DNA of 64,000 nt from Porphyridium purpureum (Eukaryota): contig VRMN01000006.1 of assembly GCA_008690995.1 (NCBI GenBank), forward strand, positions 682,001-746,000. Reading direction: 5' to 3'. Every line of letters starts with the position of its first letter. The stretch's first letter is position 1. The notes under the pieces were generated by a model. That model saw nothing but the letters and a program-made list of their open reading frames with translations. It did not search any database and was not told where the DNA came from. This document shows positions 9,943 through 20,908 of this stretch, piece after piece. The position numbers were made by a program, and so were the translations under genes.

Positions 9943-10357
9943 CCTCTATCCTCACACCAGCTCTCCTCTCCCAGGCTCCCACTCCCTCTCTTCTTCGTCT
10001 TCTTCTTCTTCTTCTTCTCTGCCAGCGCTCCGCGTGTCACCACCGGGTTTAACCGGGTTCTGCCGGGTTTCGTTTACCGGGTACAGAGGTACAGTTAAGC
10101 AACGGGGTTCGGATGATCGAGCACGTAAAGGGCGTACACTTGCTATTCCACTTTCAGCTAGAAATGAATCGATGTTCGCATCTGCAGCGTTGCTCCATTT
10201 CGGAGTGTATACATTGAGCTGCGCCACGCTGCGGCATGAGAAATGGGTAGGACTGGCCACAAAACGCACAGAGCCTGAGGAGACACTGACCAGGTATCCA
10301 GGACGCGTGGTTCTTTTGGAAGGGAGACGGAGAGAAGAAAAGAGCCTGGGTTTGAAG

Positions 10358-10918
10358 ATGGGGGTTTGGGCTGGTGATGCTCCGGTCGGGCAGGGCGCGA
10401 TTGTGTCACATGCGACTTCCTCGGGCCCGGCTCATGGTCGCGTGGAGACAGGTGCAATCGTTCCATGTGTGAGCGTCAGAGCTGACGAACTAAAACACAT
10501 GCAGTCGACCCGCGCTTATGCAATTGCTGGGTCTGTGGCTCTCGCTGCGGTGGCGACAATGGCACCGACGTTCTTGCCATTTTCTGTCCGACTCGCGACC
10601 GTGGCTCTAGCTGCTGGATGCATACTTGAGTTACCGTCGCAAGTTCTTTGCATCCTCGTGGGCCTGTGTCTAATGAGTTCATTCGATCTGTCAAGTATTC
10701 TCAGTAGACGCTGGGTCATTTGGCTGCTCGGCGTCTTGCTTGGCGTCGTCTTGGGCGGTCTTGCTTTATTCGTTCTTGCGTTTATGATCGCGGTCATTCT
10801 TTTTTACATATTTACGTACGCATGTTTGGCCTTTTTTGGTGCGATTCTTGGAGGGTGTTTGAATTCCTCCGTACCTCAGGTCGGTACCGACACAAAGTCA
10901 AAGGGCACAGATTCGTAG
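10358..10918 (+). CDS. Hypothetical multi-pass membrane protein
   Basis: 3' part of the 377-aa ORF; ATG 10358 follows a purine-rich leader; several long hydrophobic stretches. Confidence 0.5.
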   Translation: MGVWAGDAPVGQGAIVSHATSSGPAHGRVETGAIVPCVSVRADELKHMQSTRAYAIAGSVALAAVATMAPTFLPFSVRLATVALAAGCILELPSQVLCILVGLCLMSSFDLSSILSRRWVIWLLGVLLGVVLGGLALFVLAFMIAVILFYIFTYACLAFFGAILGGCLNSSVPQVGTDTKSKGTDS

Positions 10919-11519
10919 CGCGACGCCATCTAGTTGATGCGCTCTTGCCGTCCAATATGATTTACAAAATCCAACCGCTGATAAGCAAGCGTCGAATGCT
11001 TACATTCGCTTTGCTTTCAAACGCATTCCATACGTGCATCATTGCGAGACTTCTTTCTTTTATTCTTGAACGCTGGCAAACTCTAGCGAAATCATGTCTC
11101 AGTCCCATGGAGAGTAAAGCTGTGCGATTTATTCGACAGAGACGCAGACGCACATCATCTAGCGGCGCATCCATCGAGGGCAGAGCGTCGTCCACGCAGT
11201 TCAGGGATGGATGTTGGCAGAGGAACACCACTCCGCAGCAACCGCAGCAGAAGCATCGCGTCTTTGTGCCGAAAGTACAGTGTACACAGTACCTCCTCGA
11301 CAGTGTGTCGAGCGCGCATTCGCGCGTGTGTGTGCGCGAGATGCGGAGATGGTGGTGTTGGCGGATGATCTTGCCTCTGGCTGCGTCTCTTGTGTGTTGT
11401 GTTTCGTGCCTTGATCTGCTCCTACCGCTGCTGCTTCTGGTTCTGCTTCTACTGCGGCTCTTTCACTGCTGGCGCCGTGCCGCGTGGTTGGCGCGTGGGA
11501 GGAGTTTGGGTTGGGTAAG

Positions 11520-12482
11520 ATGGACGGGTCTCCTGAAAAGGCGCGCGACGTCGCGGTTGCGAATGGAGAGGATGCGGCGCATGATGATGAGGCACAGGCA
11601 GAGGAAGAGCCGGCGCTGTTGGAGAAGCGCGTTTCGAAGCGGCCAAAGTTGTATGGAGAAGGGCCGGGTGAGGCTGTGGTGAGTAAGGCCGTGGTCGCGG
11701 TGGTGATGAACGAGACTGGCACGTCGCTAGGGGAGAACGAGGAATTGGTCAAGGCTATGGGCAAGCTGCATTCGAGCGCCGATTTGCTGAAAGTCATGCA
11801 CCGCATGCTGTACGGGACGCCAGGGAAGGAGTCCACGCGAAAGCGCGAGATTCGTAGTTGGCGTGGGATTGCCGCCGAAGACGCGGACGGCCGTGCGAAA
11901 CTCGCGCAACGGGTTGGTAAGGTCAGCATCAGTGATCTAAGGGCTATTGCCAAGGTCTGCAAGATCAAAAAGTCGAGCGCGCCGAGGGAAGAGCTTTGCA
12001 ACGAGTGCGTTGCCTATTTTATGACGCCCGTGGCAATGAACGGACGGAAAGTAACTCCTGTGAAGAAGGCGTCGAACGAAAAGGCAAAGTCGGGATCTGC
12101 GAGGCGGTCAAGAAGTGAGTCGAAAAGTAAGAAGAAGCGCGCCGCCGAGGCAGGAGCGTCTTCTTCTGCAGAAGACGACGAGGAGAGCGGCGCGGACGAA
12201 CGCGTTGGTGATGAAAACGACGAGATTGACGGGTCTGCGTCCGATACCGAGAAAAATACTTCCGAAGCGCCTGAAGTATCCAGAAAGGAAAGCGAGAGTG
12301 ATACCTTGGTCAAGGCGGAGCTGAAGGAGCTTCTCCACGATATGTCAGCCGATGAACGCGCAACGCTGACGTCTCGACGCGCGCGCGAATTGCTCGAGGC
12401 GCGCCTCTCTCGATCGCTGACCGACCAAAAAGCGATGATTCGCGAGTGGTGTATTGAGCTACTTTCTGCGGAAGATAACTAG
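11520..12482 (+). CDS. DEK: DEK-like chromatin protein
   Basis: LKVMHRMLYGTPGK...KREIRSWRG SAP-like core, Lys-rich and acidic linker, DEK_C-like end (LTSRRARELLEARLSRSLTDQKAMIREW). Confidence 0.8.
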   Translation: MDGSPEKARDVAVANGEDAAHDDEAQAEEEPALLEKRVSKRPKLYGEGPGEAVVSKAVVAVVMNETGTSLGENEELVKAMGKLHSSADLLKVMHRMLYGTPGKESTRKREIRSWRGIAAEDADGRAKLAQRVGKVSISDLRAIAKVCKIKKSSAPREELCNECVAYFMTPVAMNGRKVTPVKKASNEKAKSGSARRSRSESKSKKKRAAEAGASSSAEDDEESGADERVGDENDEIDGSASDTEKNTSEAPEVSRKESESDTLVKAELKELLHDMSADERATLTSRRARELLEARLSRSLTDQKAMIREWCIELLSAEDN

Positions 12483-12638
12483 CTTCTCGGTATGTTTGTG
12501 TTTCTAATTCCTGATTCTTCAACTTGCAGACACAGCACACAATTAAAGATGTCCGGCTTTAGTTCCCAAAAAAACTTGCTTTCTATCTTTTCCTGCCTCC
12601 TTTTTCGGTGCGAGTCTCGTTGATTGGCGACGGGAGCA

Positions 12639-14360
12639 ATGAAGACTCTTGAGCCTAAAGTGGCGGCGCTCGAAGGCAGCGAGCGCGCAGGCGTCGCTCT
12701 AGACGTGGACTTACTGCTGCTGGCAGAGGATAGCTGGGTGCATTTGAGCCAGGACTCGTACCTGCTGGCGGAACGAAAGGTCGCATGTCAGATGCTGCTA
12801 GCCGGGAAGCTGTCGGGGCCTGCGCTGACGCACGCGCTGATCAGTTTGGGTATTGCACCGTTCGCATGCGACGCGCAAGGCTGCGAGCATGAACGCCACG
12901 CACCGCACCGGTGCTGGAAGGAAAAATGGGACTTGTGTCTGAAAAAGGCGCGCGAGGTGGTCACCGGCGTTTCTGCGCGTGTGCCTGGGGTTGGCAGCGC
13001 AGATGTCGGCGCTGACGTGGCGGCGACGAATGAAAGCGTTGATCTCAAAGCCGATGCCTGGCTGGCTCTATTCCTAGAATTCTTTGCCGAGTCGAATTTG
13101 GAGCTTGGCGTAGATTCAGATCTCTTGAGCCTGACCGACAAGCTGGTCGAGTTTGTCAAAGAACATCGCGCACAAACTCAGCCGCTTCTGGAGCAGTTCG
13201 CGCAGCATGTAGTGGCCAGCTTCGACAGTGTTGGCGAGCCGTACGGTGAGGCCAGTGCCGAAGATTTTTTCCGAGGACATGCAGCGGCACCCTTTTCCGA
13301 TATGGCTGGTAACTTTGCCGGTACGATGAAGCTGAAACATGTGGATGTTGATCCGCTCGCAAAGTTCTCGTGCCGTGCGATGTCTGGGCCGTATCTGCGC
13401 CCTCCGCAACCACTTGAGACTCCTTCAGAGAGCGCTGCTGCAGGACGTCCGACTCCTCTTAGGGAGACAGCGCTCAGAAGGGTGGGGCGTTCAGGTCCTG
13501 AGATACAGACCAGCCAGGCGAGGAGACATCGCACGCCCCTGTCGCACACGGAAGCAAGCAGCATGCGCTCGATCGCGCGCGATATTGAGGAGGATTTGAA
13601 TGCCGCAGACGTGCTAACGCAGTACTTCAGTCCGACGGTCACGTATATATCTCCGCTTTTGCCGGGCGAGACCGCGGAAGCTGAGGAGGTCGTCGGAGAG
13701 TTGAACAATGCGGATGTATTAATTGTAGAGAACGATAGGACACCAACAAAGGCAGAGCGCAGTACAGGTCACAGGGAAGCGTCGGCTGCGAACAAGCATG
13801 CCGGGTCGGCTTCCAAAGTCGCGGCGAAAAGGAAGCGCACTGCCGAGGAAGAGGATTTGGCGAGCAATGGTGATGGTTCTAATAGGGACCGTGATGGAAG
13901 GGACGAAGAAGAAAAAGGAGCAGAGCAAGGCCCCGATACTGGCGCGACTGTGCGAGACCAGGATGCGGAGCAGCAAGAGCAGCAGAGCGACACAGTCGCC
14001 GAGGTGAACGACTTTGAACCTGGTAAGAATGGCACGGTGGAAGTGTCCGAGCAAGAACTGGATGATTTTCTTGCCGACCCAAGCCGGTTCACATACGTGG
14101 TGAACGGCAAAAGGGAAGAATCATTCTGGACATCTGAATCCGTGACCGCTCTGAGCCGCACAGACGCGCGCAAGCTCGTGGCGTTGTGGAAGGGCGACAC
14201 GTCCGTGTGCACGGAGCGTATAAAGGACACGGAGGACCGCGCGCTTGAAATCATGCTGTCCGTCGAAACCGACGTCGACGCGCGCCGCAAGAAGTGGTCC
14301 GTGTTCCAGCAGAAACCCAATGGCGCATGGACGCTGATCTGTCGCTCCAAGAAATTCTGA
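12639..14360 (+). CDS. Hypothetical, probably nuclear protein with Cys/His N-terminal domain (paralogous to 28235-29479)
   Basis: 578-aa ORF, first ATG 12639; KRKR NLS-like motif; acidic disordered middle. Confidence 0.7.
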   Translation: MKTLEPKVAALEGSERAGVALDVDLLLLAEDSWVHLSQDSYLLAERKVACQMLLAGKLSGPALTHALISLGIAPFACDAQGCEHERHAPHRCWKEKWDLCLKKAREVVTGVSARVPGVGSADVGADVAATNESVDLKADAWLALFLEFFAESNLELGVDSDLLSLTDKLVEFVKEHRAQTQPLLEQFAQHVVASFDSVGEPYGEASAEDFFRGHAAAPFSDMAGNFAGTMKLKHVDVDPLAKFSCRAMSGPYLRPPQPLETPSESAAAGRPTPLRETALRRVGRSGPEIQTSQARRHRTPLSHTEASSMRSIARDIEEDLNAADVLTQYFSPTVTYISPLLPGETAEAEEVVGELNNADVLIVENDRTPTKAERSTGHREASAANKHAGSASKVAAKRKRTAEEEDLASNGDGSNRDRDGRDEEEKGAEQGPDTGATVRDQDAEQQEQQSDTVAEVNDFEPGKNGTVEVSEQELDDFLADPSRFTYVVNGKREESFWTSESVTALSRTDARKLVALWKGDTSVCTERIKDTEDRALEIMLSVETDVDARRKKWSVFQQKPNGAWTLICRSKKF

Positions 14361-14559
14361 GCGCCGTTTCGCACGCCCGTGCTTGTGCGATTAGGGTTGG
14401 AGGAGGTACACTCATAACTGTACTTTACACTGTACATAAAGTACAGTTAGAATCTCCCGCGCTTGTGCTCCGGCGGCGCGCGTGCCTGTAGGCGAGGCGA
14501 GTGCGGGGACGCGTCGGGAACGCCGGGTTGCGCGGGTCGTTGAGGGACGGAGGGTGACG

Positions 14560-15441
14560 ATGCAGGCGTTTGTTGGCGCGGCAGGTGGTGCGCTATGGCG
14601 TCCAGGATTCGCGGCTCGCGGGCGGGCGTCCGCAACGCCGGCGGCGCGCGCAGTCGCGCTTCGGCGGGGCGCCGCATCGCCGCTGGCCATGCTGTTTGGC
14701 GGCGGGAAGAAGACAAATAAGGAGCAGCCGTCAGACACGCCGAAAAAGAAGTCGTCGGCAGACGGTAATCCGTACCGCCTGCTTGGTGTGGCGGAGGACG
14801 CGACGTATGAAGAAATTGAAGCGGCGTACAAGCGCCTCTCCGACAAGTTCGCCAAGGAGCCCAAGAAGGCCATGTTTTATGAAATCCAAAAGGAGAAAAT
14901 CTATGACGATAGGCTCCAGCAGCGCATGCGAGGCGACATGCAGCCGCGTGTCAAAGAGTCGCCATACGACAGAAAGCGCAGGGAGGCGCTGGCCAAGAAA
15001 AGCTTCAAAGATTATTTGCCGGCATTCATTGGTGATAGGGTTAAAGTGCCCAGCGCGGCATATTTTAAGCGCGCCACCATTCTCATGGGTCTGTTTGCAC
15101 TCGCATGCTTTGCGGTGCCACAATTTGCCACCAGTGGCGTGGCCATGGGGCTCATCACGAGCACATACTTGTTGTTCAATCGCGACCAGCCGGAGAGAAA
15201 TCCGGACGACTTTCAGGGTGGCGGAAACTTTAGGGACTCGACGCCCATTGACCGCAAAGCGGTGCTGATGACCGTCGGGCTCATGGCCATGGCGACGGGT
15301 CTAGGGCTGGGCCTGGCGGCCATTTTCATGAGCGTCGTGGGTGTCGGCTCGTTTGCGCCGGACAGTATTGCGTCGCTGTTTATGCTCCTCGGAATGTACA
15401 TGGCTTGCATCTTTTTCAAGAACCCGAATGGCACAGACTAA
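14560..15441 (+). CDS. Plastid J-like membrane protein, CPP1/CDF1 (DUF3353) family
   Basis: Transit peptide MQAFVG...; NPYRLLGVAEDATYEEIEAAY J-like start lacking HPD; YDDRLQQRMRG; C-terminal TM helices. Confidence 0.78.
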   Translation: MQAFVGAAGGALWRPGFAARGRASATPAARAVALRRGAASPLAMLFGGGKKTNKEQPSDTPKKKSSADGNPYRLLGVAEDATYEEIEAAYKRLSDKFAKEPKKAMFYEIQKEKIYDDRLQQRMRGDMQPRVKESPYDRKRREALAKKSFKDYLPAFIGDRVKVPSAAYFKRATILMGLFALACFAVPQFATSGVAMGLITSTYLLFNRDQPERNPDDFQGGGNFRDSTPIDRKAVLMTVGLMAMATGLGLGLAAIFMSVVGVGSFAPDSIASLFMLLGMYMACIFFKNPNGTD

Positions 15442-15658
15442 AGGAGGATTTAGACACTTTTGATGCGTAGCCGTTCGCGCACCAAAGGAAATGACCCGTT
15501 TTCGCTGCCTGCCCCAAAAAGCCGACATGAGCGTCAAGTCACCCACCCACACGAGAAAGGCAAGTCGTGCAACAGGCCCTTCCTGATTCGGAGTCACGCA
15601 TGCCCACCATTCGCGGCTTTACTTTGCGCTTTATTTGCTTTTCTTCTCTCGCGTTTGG

Positions 15659-16324
15659 TCACAACTCTTCAAACGCACCTCCCCTGCTCCAACACGCTAA
15701 TAAGTGGATGCGGAATTCCGCCATCTTGATCCCCATAAACTCAAGTATCTTTGCTCGCTCCGGAGTGAGCACGTCGCCCTCATTACACACTACAAAATCT
15801 GACGTGACGATGATGACGCCCTTCTTCAGCTCCACCGGAAGCCCGAGTTTGGTGAGCGTGGCCTGCTGCGAAGGCTGAAACAACTCGGCCTGCGGTCCTT
15901 TCGGGAGCACGACTCTTTCGGTTGCAATATTTCCAGATCTCGCAAAGTCCGGGACTCCAAACGTGCGAAAGAATTCTCGAAACTCGCCCGCAGGCTCGTT
16001 TGTAAACAGCAGCCCGACCTGCCCTTTCAACTTGTCAGCGAGCAAATGCAAATTCTCGGCATACTCTGTGGCCTTATCTCGACCAAACGTCAGGCTGATA
16101 ATCTTATTCCCGCCAATCACAATCTTCGACGTGTCCTGAAGCTGCGCGCGCAGCTGCTTGAACAACTCGTTCCTGGAATTGTCATACCGAAACACGTAAA
16201 TGTCCTTGTAGCTGTCGACGTCCTTCTCCAATTGCCGCATTCGCTGCGTTTTTTCCTCTCTCGACGCGACCTTCTTATCTGTCTGCGTCAGAGACACCAC
16301 CCGGCGCCGCTTGGTCCTCGTCAT
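15659..16324 (-). CDS. MRT4: Ribosome assembly factor Mrt4
   Basis: RTKRRRVVSLTQTDKK, LKGQVGLLFTN, DFARSGNIA, LTPERAKILE. Confidence 0.95.
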   Translation of the reverse strand: MTRTKRRRVVSLTQTDKKVASREEKTQRMRQLEKDVDSYKDIYVFRYDNSRNELFKQLRAQLQDTSKIVIGGNKIISLTFGRDKATEYAENLHLLADKLKGQVGLLFTNEPAGEFREFFRTFGVPDFARSGNIATERVVLPKGPQAELFQPSQQATLTKLGLPVELKKGVIIVTSDFVVCNEGDVLTPERAKILEFMGIKMAEFRIHLLACWSRGGAFEEL

Positions 16325-16365
16325 CTCTCCTTCGAAACGCTCTCTCCTTCGAAACGCTCTCTCCT
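16325..16365 (+). repeat. 17-bp tandem repeat (CTCTCCTTCGAAACGCT x2.4) abutting the MRT4 start codon
   Basis: Units begin at 16325, 16342 and (partial) 16359. Confidence 0.9.
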
Positions 16366-17485
16366 ATCCTTCTACCGCGTCTTCTCCCCGCCTCGTCACC
16401 TTCTCCTTCGCCCGCCTTCACGCACAAACGCCGGCCGCCAACGACCGTTTTGGCATCGCCGTCACTGTACCCCATGGACTGTACACACTGTACTTCCACA
16501 CCAGCACTGAACCGGTTCAACCGACCAACTTGCTATCGGTTAGACGGGGAGGAGCCGATAAACCGCTTCCGCTTCAGCGTGGAGCTCGGCACGTCTCGAG
16601 GACTTTCGAGCTTGTCTGCACATTTAGATCCCGAACGAACTTTACTCTCTCCGCCGATGTGCTTCCCTGTTAAATTCAAGGAGCAACTCCTGCCGCAGCA
16701 GCCATCATGCGCGTTGACAGCCCGACCGCGGCGCTCTCTGAACACGAGCAGTTCTTCGCACATGTCTGCTCAACTCTCTGAACTCGCCTCATTTTTTGTA
16801 GCTCAATCGTGGCGCACGGTTCTTCAAAAATGACCATGTTGTTCGATGTTCAGGATTCTGTCCGACGGATGATGCACCGTATCTCTCACATGCTGGCGGC
16901 CGCCGCAGCGCACTTCACATTGTCTCCCGCCATTTTCCTTTGCTATTCCGCCTGAGCGTGCGCCATCCTCTCTGATCTTCAACCAAACTTTCCGGACTGG
17001 GAAGGTAAAAACCTGCTGGTTGTTGTTTACCGGTAAGTCTCGCGCACCATGTTTGCGGTCACCGCTAGCTCAAACCTCACGAGACCAACCGCTTTCCATG
17101 GTTGCGCATCACGAAGGTCGCCTGTTCGCCTGGTGGGCTCCGCGCTTTCTTTGCGTCCTGATGCCTTTACATGGCTCGTTGAAGATGTCTCGCGAGGCCA
17201 GGCGCCAATGGACGCCCACTTCGGTGACCGTTTTGGCGGGCCAGCGTCCCCGGGCGACTTGGTAGGCTCGTTTATGGCCTCATCAGAAATCAAATATTTC
17301 GGATACTCTGATCAAGGCGCAGGAACAAGGCCTGCCACCTTACGATGGCACTGTATAACCAAACCCGACAATGTATGAAGGCTTTGAGTGCGCTGCTCCA
17401 TCGTAGCTGCAAGTCTATGATCCAGGTGGTCTGCACGCAATCGCACACGAGAACTCCAGATTCCCAGCACGCGCTTTCGCCGGGT

Positions 17486-18613
17486 TTATTGGGCTTTTTC
17501 CTTTTCGTTCGTACGTGCAGAGTCTACGACTTGATCCGCAATGGCATCGCCAGCCTTTTTCTCCGAGCCGCCACATTCGTGCGCATCGGATTTCGTCGTT
17601 TCCGCCTCGCTGTATGCGATGAGCTCGCCGACTTCACCCCTGGCCACAGCAAGCGCCAGCGTTGAAAACAGGATGCCGGGCACAATGTACAAAAGAGCCG
17701 GTTGCGCGGCGTCAAAGAGCACCAGTGCCGCGTAGGTCGCCACAACTGCGAGAAAATACCCAATCATGACTGTTGTAAAGTACGGTTTCTTGCGCGGGTC
17801 GAGCGAGGCGCAAGGTCCGCTCCTCTCGTCAAAACGCCAAATGAGCGCGATGAACAATCCCGGTAGCACCACGTCACCGAGCCCGAGCATGCTAAACTCA
17901 CCAGCGCTCCGCCGGAAAAGCAGCTTGATCGGCCCTTCAAAGCCCTTGGCCACAGTGACCATCACGTTCGAGCCAAACAATTTGGTGCTCCCAAACACCC
18001 AAAATATGTCATACACAAACAAGCCGGCCAGCAGGATGGCGCCGGTCTTGTAATCTTCGATGCCCAAGAATTCGATCGCAGCCAGCGCGAGCGAGCAGGC
18101 CATGATGTTGTTTGCGAGAAAGTGTCTATACCGTACGTACGCCCAGCCGACCGGCAGGCACAGAATGAATGAAAGAATGTCCGACACGCTGCACGAATAG
18201 GTGTCTGAAAAGCCAACTTGCTTCATGAGCCGCGGCTCGATGGAGTCAGCCAGAGCGGCAAGCACACCGCACATGGCTAGAACACCCATAAACACGCTGC
18301 CAAAGGTCAGCAGCGGCGAAATCCACTCTTGCGGGAGGTACTTGAACGCAATGAACAAGCCACCGAGCATGAGCGACGCCGCCAGCGGGAAACGATACGC
18401 CGCAGAGCCCGAGATCACTTCGCGCGGCTCTGCTTCCGCGCCCATTTCTTTACGCTTCTGTTCGCGGCGCGTGGCGCGCTCCGAGCCCGCGTAGATCACC
18501 ATCATCGATACGCTGACCATCTGCGGAAACACTGGCACATTCACGACAGCTGGGATCGCCAGCAGCGCCACAACAGCCACCAGCGCCCCCACCTCCCTCA
18601 CCAGCGCGCCCAT
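17486..18613 (-). CDS. SPP: Signal peptide peptidase (GxGD intramembrane aspartyl protease)
   Basis: YDIFWVFG, LGLGDVVLPG, QPALLY; C-terminal KEKAQ (KxKxx ER-retrieval-like); first ATG 18613. Confidence 0.95.
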   Translation of the reverse strand: MGALVREVGALVAVVALLAIPAVVNVPVFPQMVSVSMMVIYAGSERATRREQKRKEMGAEAEPREVISGSAAYRFPLAASLMLGGLFIAFKYLPQEWISPLLTFGSVFMGVLAMCGVLAALADSIEPRLMKQVGFSDTYSCSVSDILSFILCLPVGWAYVRYRHFLANNIMACSLALAAIEFLGIEDYKTGAILLAGLFVYDIFWVFGSTKLFGSNVMVTVAKGFEGPIKLLFRRSAGEFSMLGLGDVVLPGLFIALIWRFDERSGPCASLDPRKKPYFTTVMIGYFLAVVATYAALVLFDAAQPALLYIVPGILFSTLALAVARGEVGELIAYSEAETTKSDAHECGGSEKKAGDAIADQVVDSARTNEKEKAQ

Positions 18614-19261
18614 GTTTGTGCGTCCGGCCAATCGACACCGTCAAAGAACAACTCACTTCCCCTCTTCCGACGAGCCTTTGTCTTGTTGTCCTCCGTCTCG
18701 CTCGCAGCATCCAGCGCCAAGGGTCGCCAGACGAGCCTCGAGTCGCAGAGCCGTGCGCTTGGGCTGCAGACGGTCACGACGGATTTTCCGTGAGAGGCGC
18801 GAGTGGCTGAGACTTAGGCGCGCGCGGCAGGATGGATGACGGTCGTGAGCTGAACCACGTGTGAACCTCCGTGACCGCGCCCAAACAATGAACCAGGGAG
18901 GAAAAAAGCGCGCAAATTAGGAAGAGAGAGAAATTTCATTGCGGTGGCCTGCCTAGCACATTTCCGACGTCCCGTGTCGCCGAGTCTGACGCCTAGCGCA
19001 GTCGCCCGTCAACTTTCCACTCGCGGCTGCGTCGTACAGTCCAGTGCTCGACTTTCACGCTCGCCAGGATGCTCCTGGCCGCTTCCATTTTTTAATCATT
19101 TGATCAGCCCCGTGCACGGCGCGTGCGCTTTGCCGTGCCGCTCGTCCTCGTCGTTCTTATTCTCATAGGAAGAATTCAGCTGTGTGCGCGCATGAAAAGC
19201 TCCGCTATAATCAGTGCCGTCCTCCTGAATCCCCAACATAGTCAGCAAATCAACTCTTGTA

Positions 19262-20257
19262 CTATCTTCTCGTGCCTGCCCGGTCGTTCCCCGCCGCGGG
19301 CCTCAAAATCTGAAAACTGCACATGAGCGTCTCATCCACGCTCATCAGCGCCCCGGCATTATCAAACTCGCCGCAGTAGTTCGGCGCCGAGAAAATGGTG
19401 ACTCCGCGCTGGTCCGCGAAGAATTGGTATCCGTCTTGCACGACCTGGTGCGCGCGGCACAGCAGATCAAAGTCAAACCGCTCCAGAAATTCCTGCACCT
19501 TGTCTGTGCCAAAGACATAGCTTACGCCGCGGTCATTTTCATTCCAGCCTAGTAGTGGCTCTGAGCCGTCCTCGCCGGGCTCCGACGGGTCGCTCCAGAG
19601 TAGATCGCACAAGAGCCCTTCGTCAGGGACGTCACAGGGGCGCGTCATATTTCGTATTAAGTTCATGTCAGTTAGCGCCGGCGACAGCCCGCCATGAGTG
19701 CAGAATATCTTTTCTTCGACAATCGCCGTGATCGGGAGGCAGTTGAACGTGTCGCAGAACGTCTTCCACAGCTTCACATTGTACCGTCGCCGCACCTCGT
19801 CGTAAAAGCCGTAGATTCTGTTGATGCTCGCACATTCGTGGTTGCCGCGTAATATGAAGAAGTTCTCCGGGTACTTGACTTTGAATGCCATCAACAGGCA
19901 AATCGTCTCGATCGACTGGCGGCCGCGGTCGACATAGTCGCCTAGAAACAGATAGTTGGACTCTGGTGGGAACTTGCCGTACTCAAAGAGGCGGAGCAAA
20001 TCTGCGTACTGTCCGTGAATATCGCCACAGATCTTGATCGGGGCTTCCAATTCGAGGAGCGCTGACTGCGACATGAACACCTCGCGCGCCCTCATGCACA
20101 AGTCCCGCACCTCGGTCTCAGAGAGGTTCACTTGCTTGTTGCTCCGCTTATTTGATGCGGCGAGCAGCTTGTTGATGATCTCGTCCACGTCGAGCGTTTC
20201 ACTGGGCCCCTGAGCCGCATCCCCCTTTTTGGGTGACAAGGCCGTTCTTCCATTCAT
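19262..20257 (-). CDS. PP1: Ser/Thr protein phosphatase PP1 catalytic subunit
   Basis: [34 protein letters not shown]. Confidence 0.97.
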   Translation of the reverse strand: MNGRTALSPKKGDAAQGPSETLDVDEIINKLLAASNKRSNKQVNLSETEVRDLCMRAREVFMSQSALLELEAPIKICGDIHGQYADLLRLFEYGKFPPESNYLFLGDYVDRGRQSIETICLLMAFKVKYPENFFILRGNHECASINRIYGFYDEVRRRYNVKLWKTFCDTFNCLPITAIVEEKIFCTHGGLSPALTDMNLIRNMTRPCDVPDEGLLCDLLWSDPSEPGEDGSEPLLGWNENDRGVSYVFGTDKVQEFLERFDFDLLCRAHQVVQDGYQFFADQRGVTIFSAPNYCGEFDNAGALMSVDETLMCSFQILRPAAGNDRAGTRR

Positions 20258-20872
20258 ACCGGCAGGACCACGCGGCGAACAACACGGCCCGCAACTCCAC
20301 GAATTTGCGCGGCACGCTCTGTTCTTGCTGTACCACTCAACAGCGCCGACGCCCTACTCCACCGGAACACGCGCGCCCGGCGACCAAATGCCGTGCTGAC
20401 ACCGACCGTATCTTCCCCCCTCAATTCAGCCAAGCATTGACGTCTACAAGCCGCGATCCATTCTCTCCCGCCAGCGACACACCCCTTTCTACCCCAGCGC
20501 ACGTCTCGCCGTGCCGCGCGCCGCGCCGCGCGTCTCCCGCTCGCAGCCGACGTCAGCGATCCGGCCGATCTCGCGCGCCGCCGTGCACAACCCGTCCTAA
20601 CCCTCCGCTCCCCACTCCTCCCTCTCCACCAGCCACCACACCATGCACTGCGTCGTCGCTTCCACGCTCATACACCCACCCACATTCCCTCCCACCCTCC
20701 CTACCAAACCCACACAACCCACTCCCTCCCTCTCCCTCTCTTCTCTCTCCCCTTCCCCGTTCATCTACCTTCAAACACCAAACCGCCATCGCAGTCAGTC
20801 TCACCAAGTCACGCGCGCTCTTCCTATCAAATCGCAGCCTTTTACTACCAACACTCTTCCCCAACTAACACG

Positions 20873-20873
<1 letters not shown>

Positions 20874-20906
<33 letters not shown>
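20874..20906 (+). repeat. (CT)n microsatellite within a long pyrimidine-rich tract upstream of PP1
   Basis: Uninterrupted ctctct run. Confidence 0.9.

Positions 20907-20908
<2 letters not shown>

Noticed and set aside
10720..11682. 320-aa plus-strand ORF and 266-aa minus-strand ORF around the DEK start
   Set aside because: Arg/Trp/Cys-biased or Ser/Ala-biased translations overlapping two better genes; no motif
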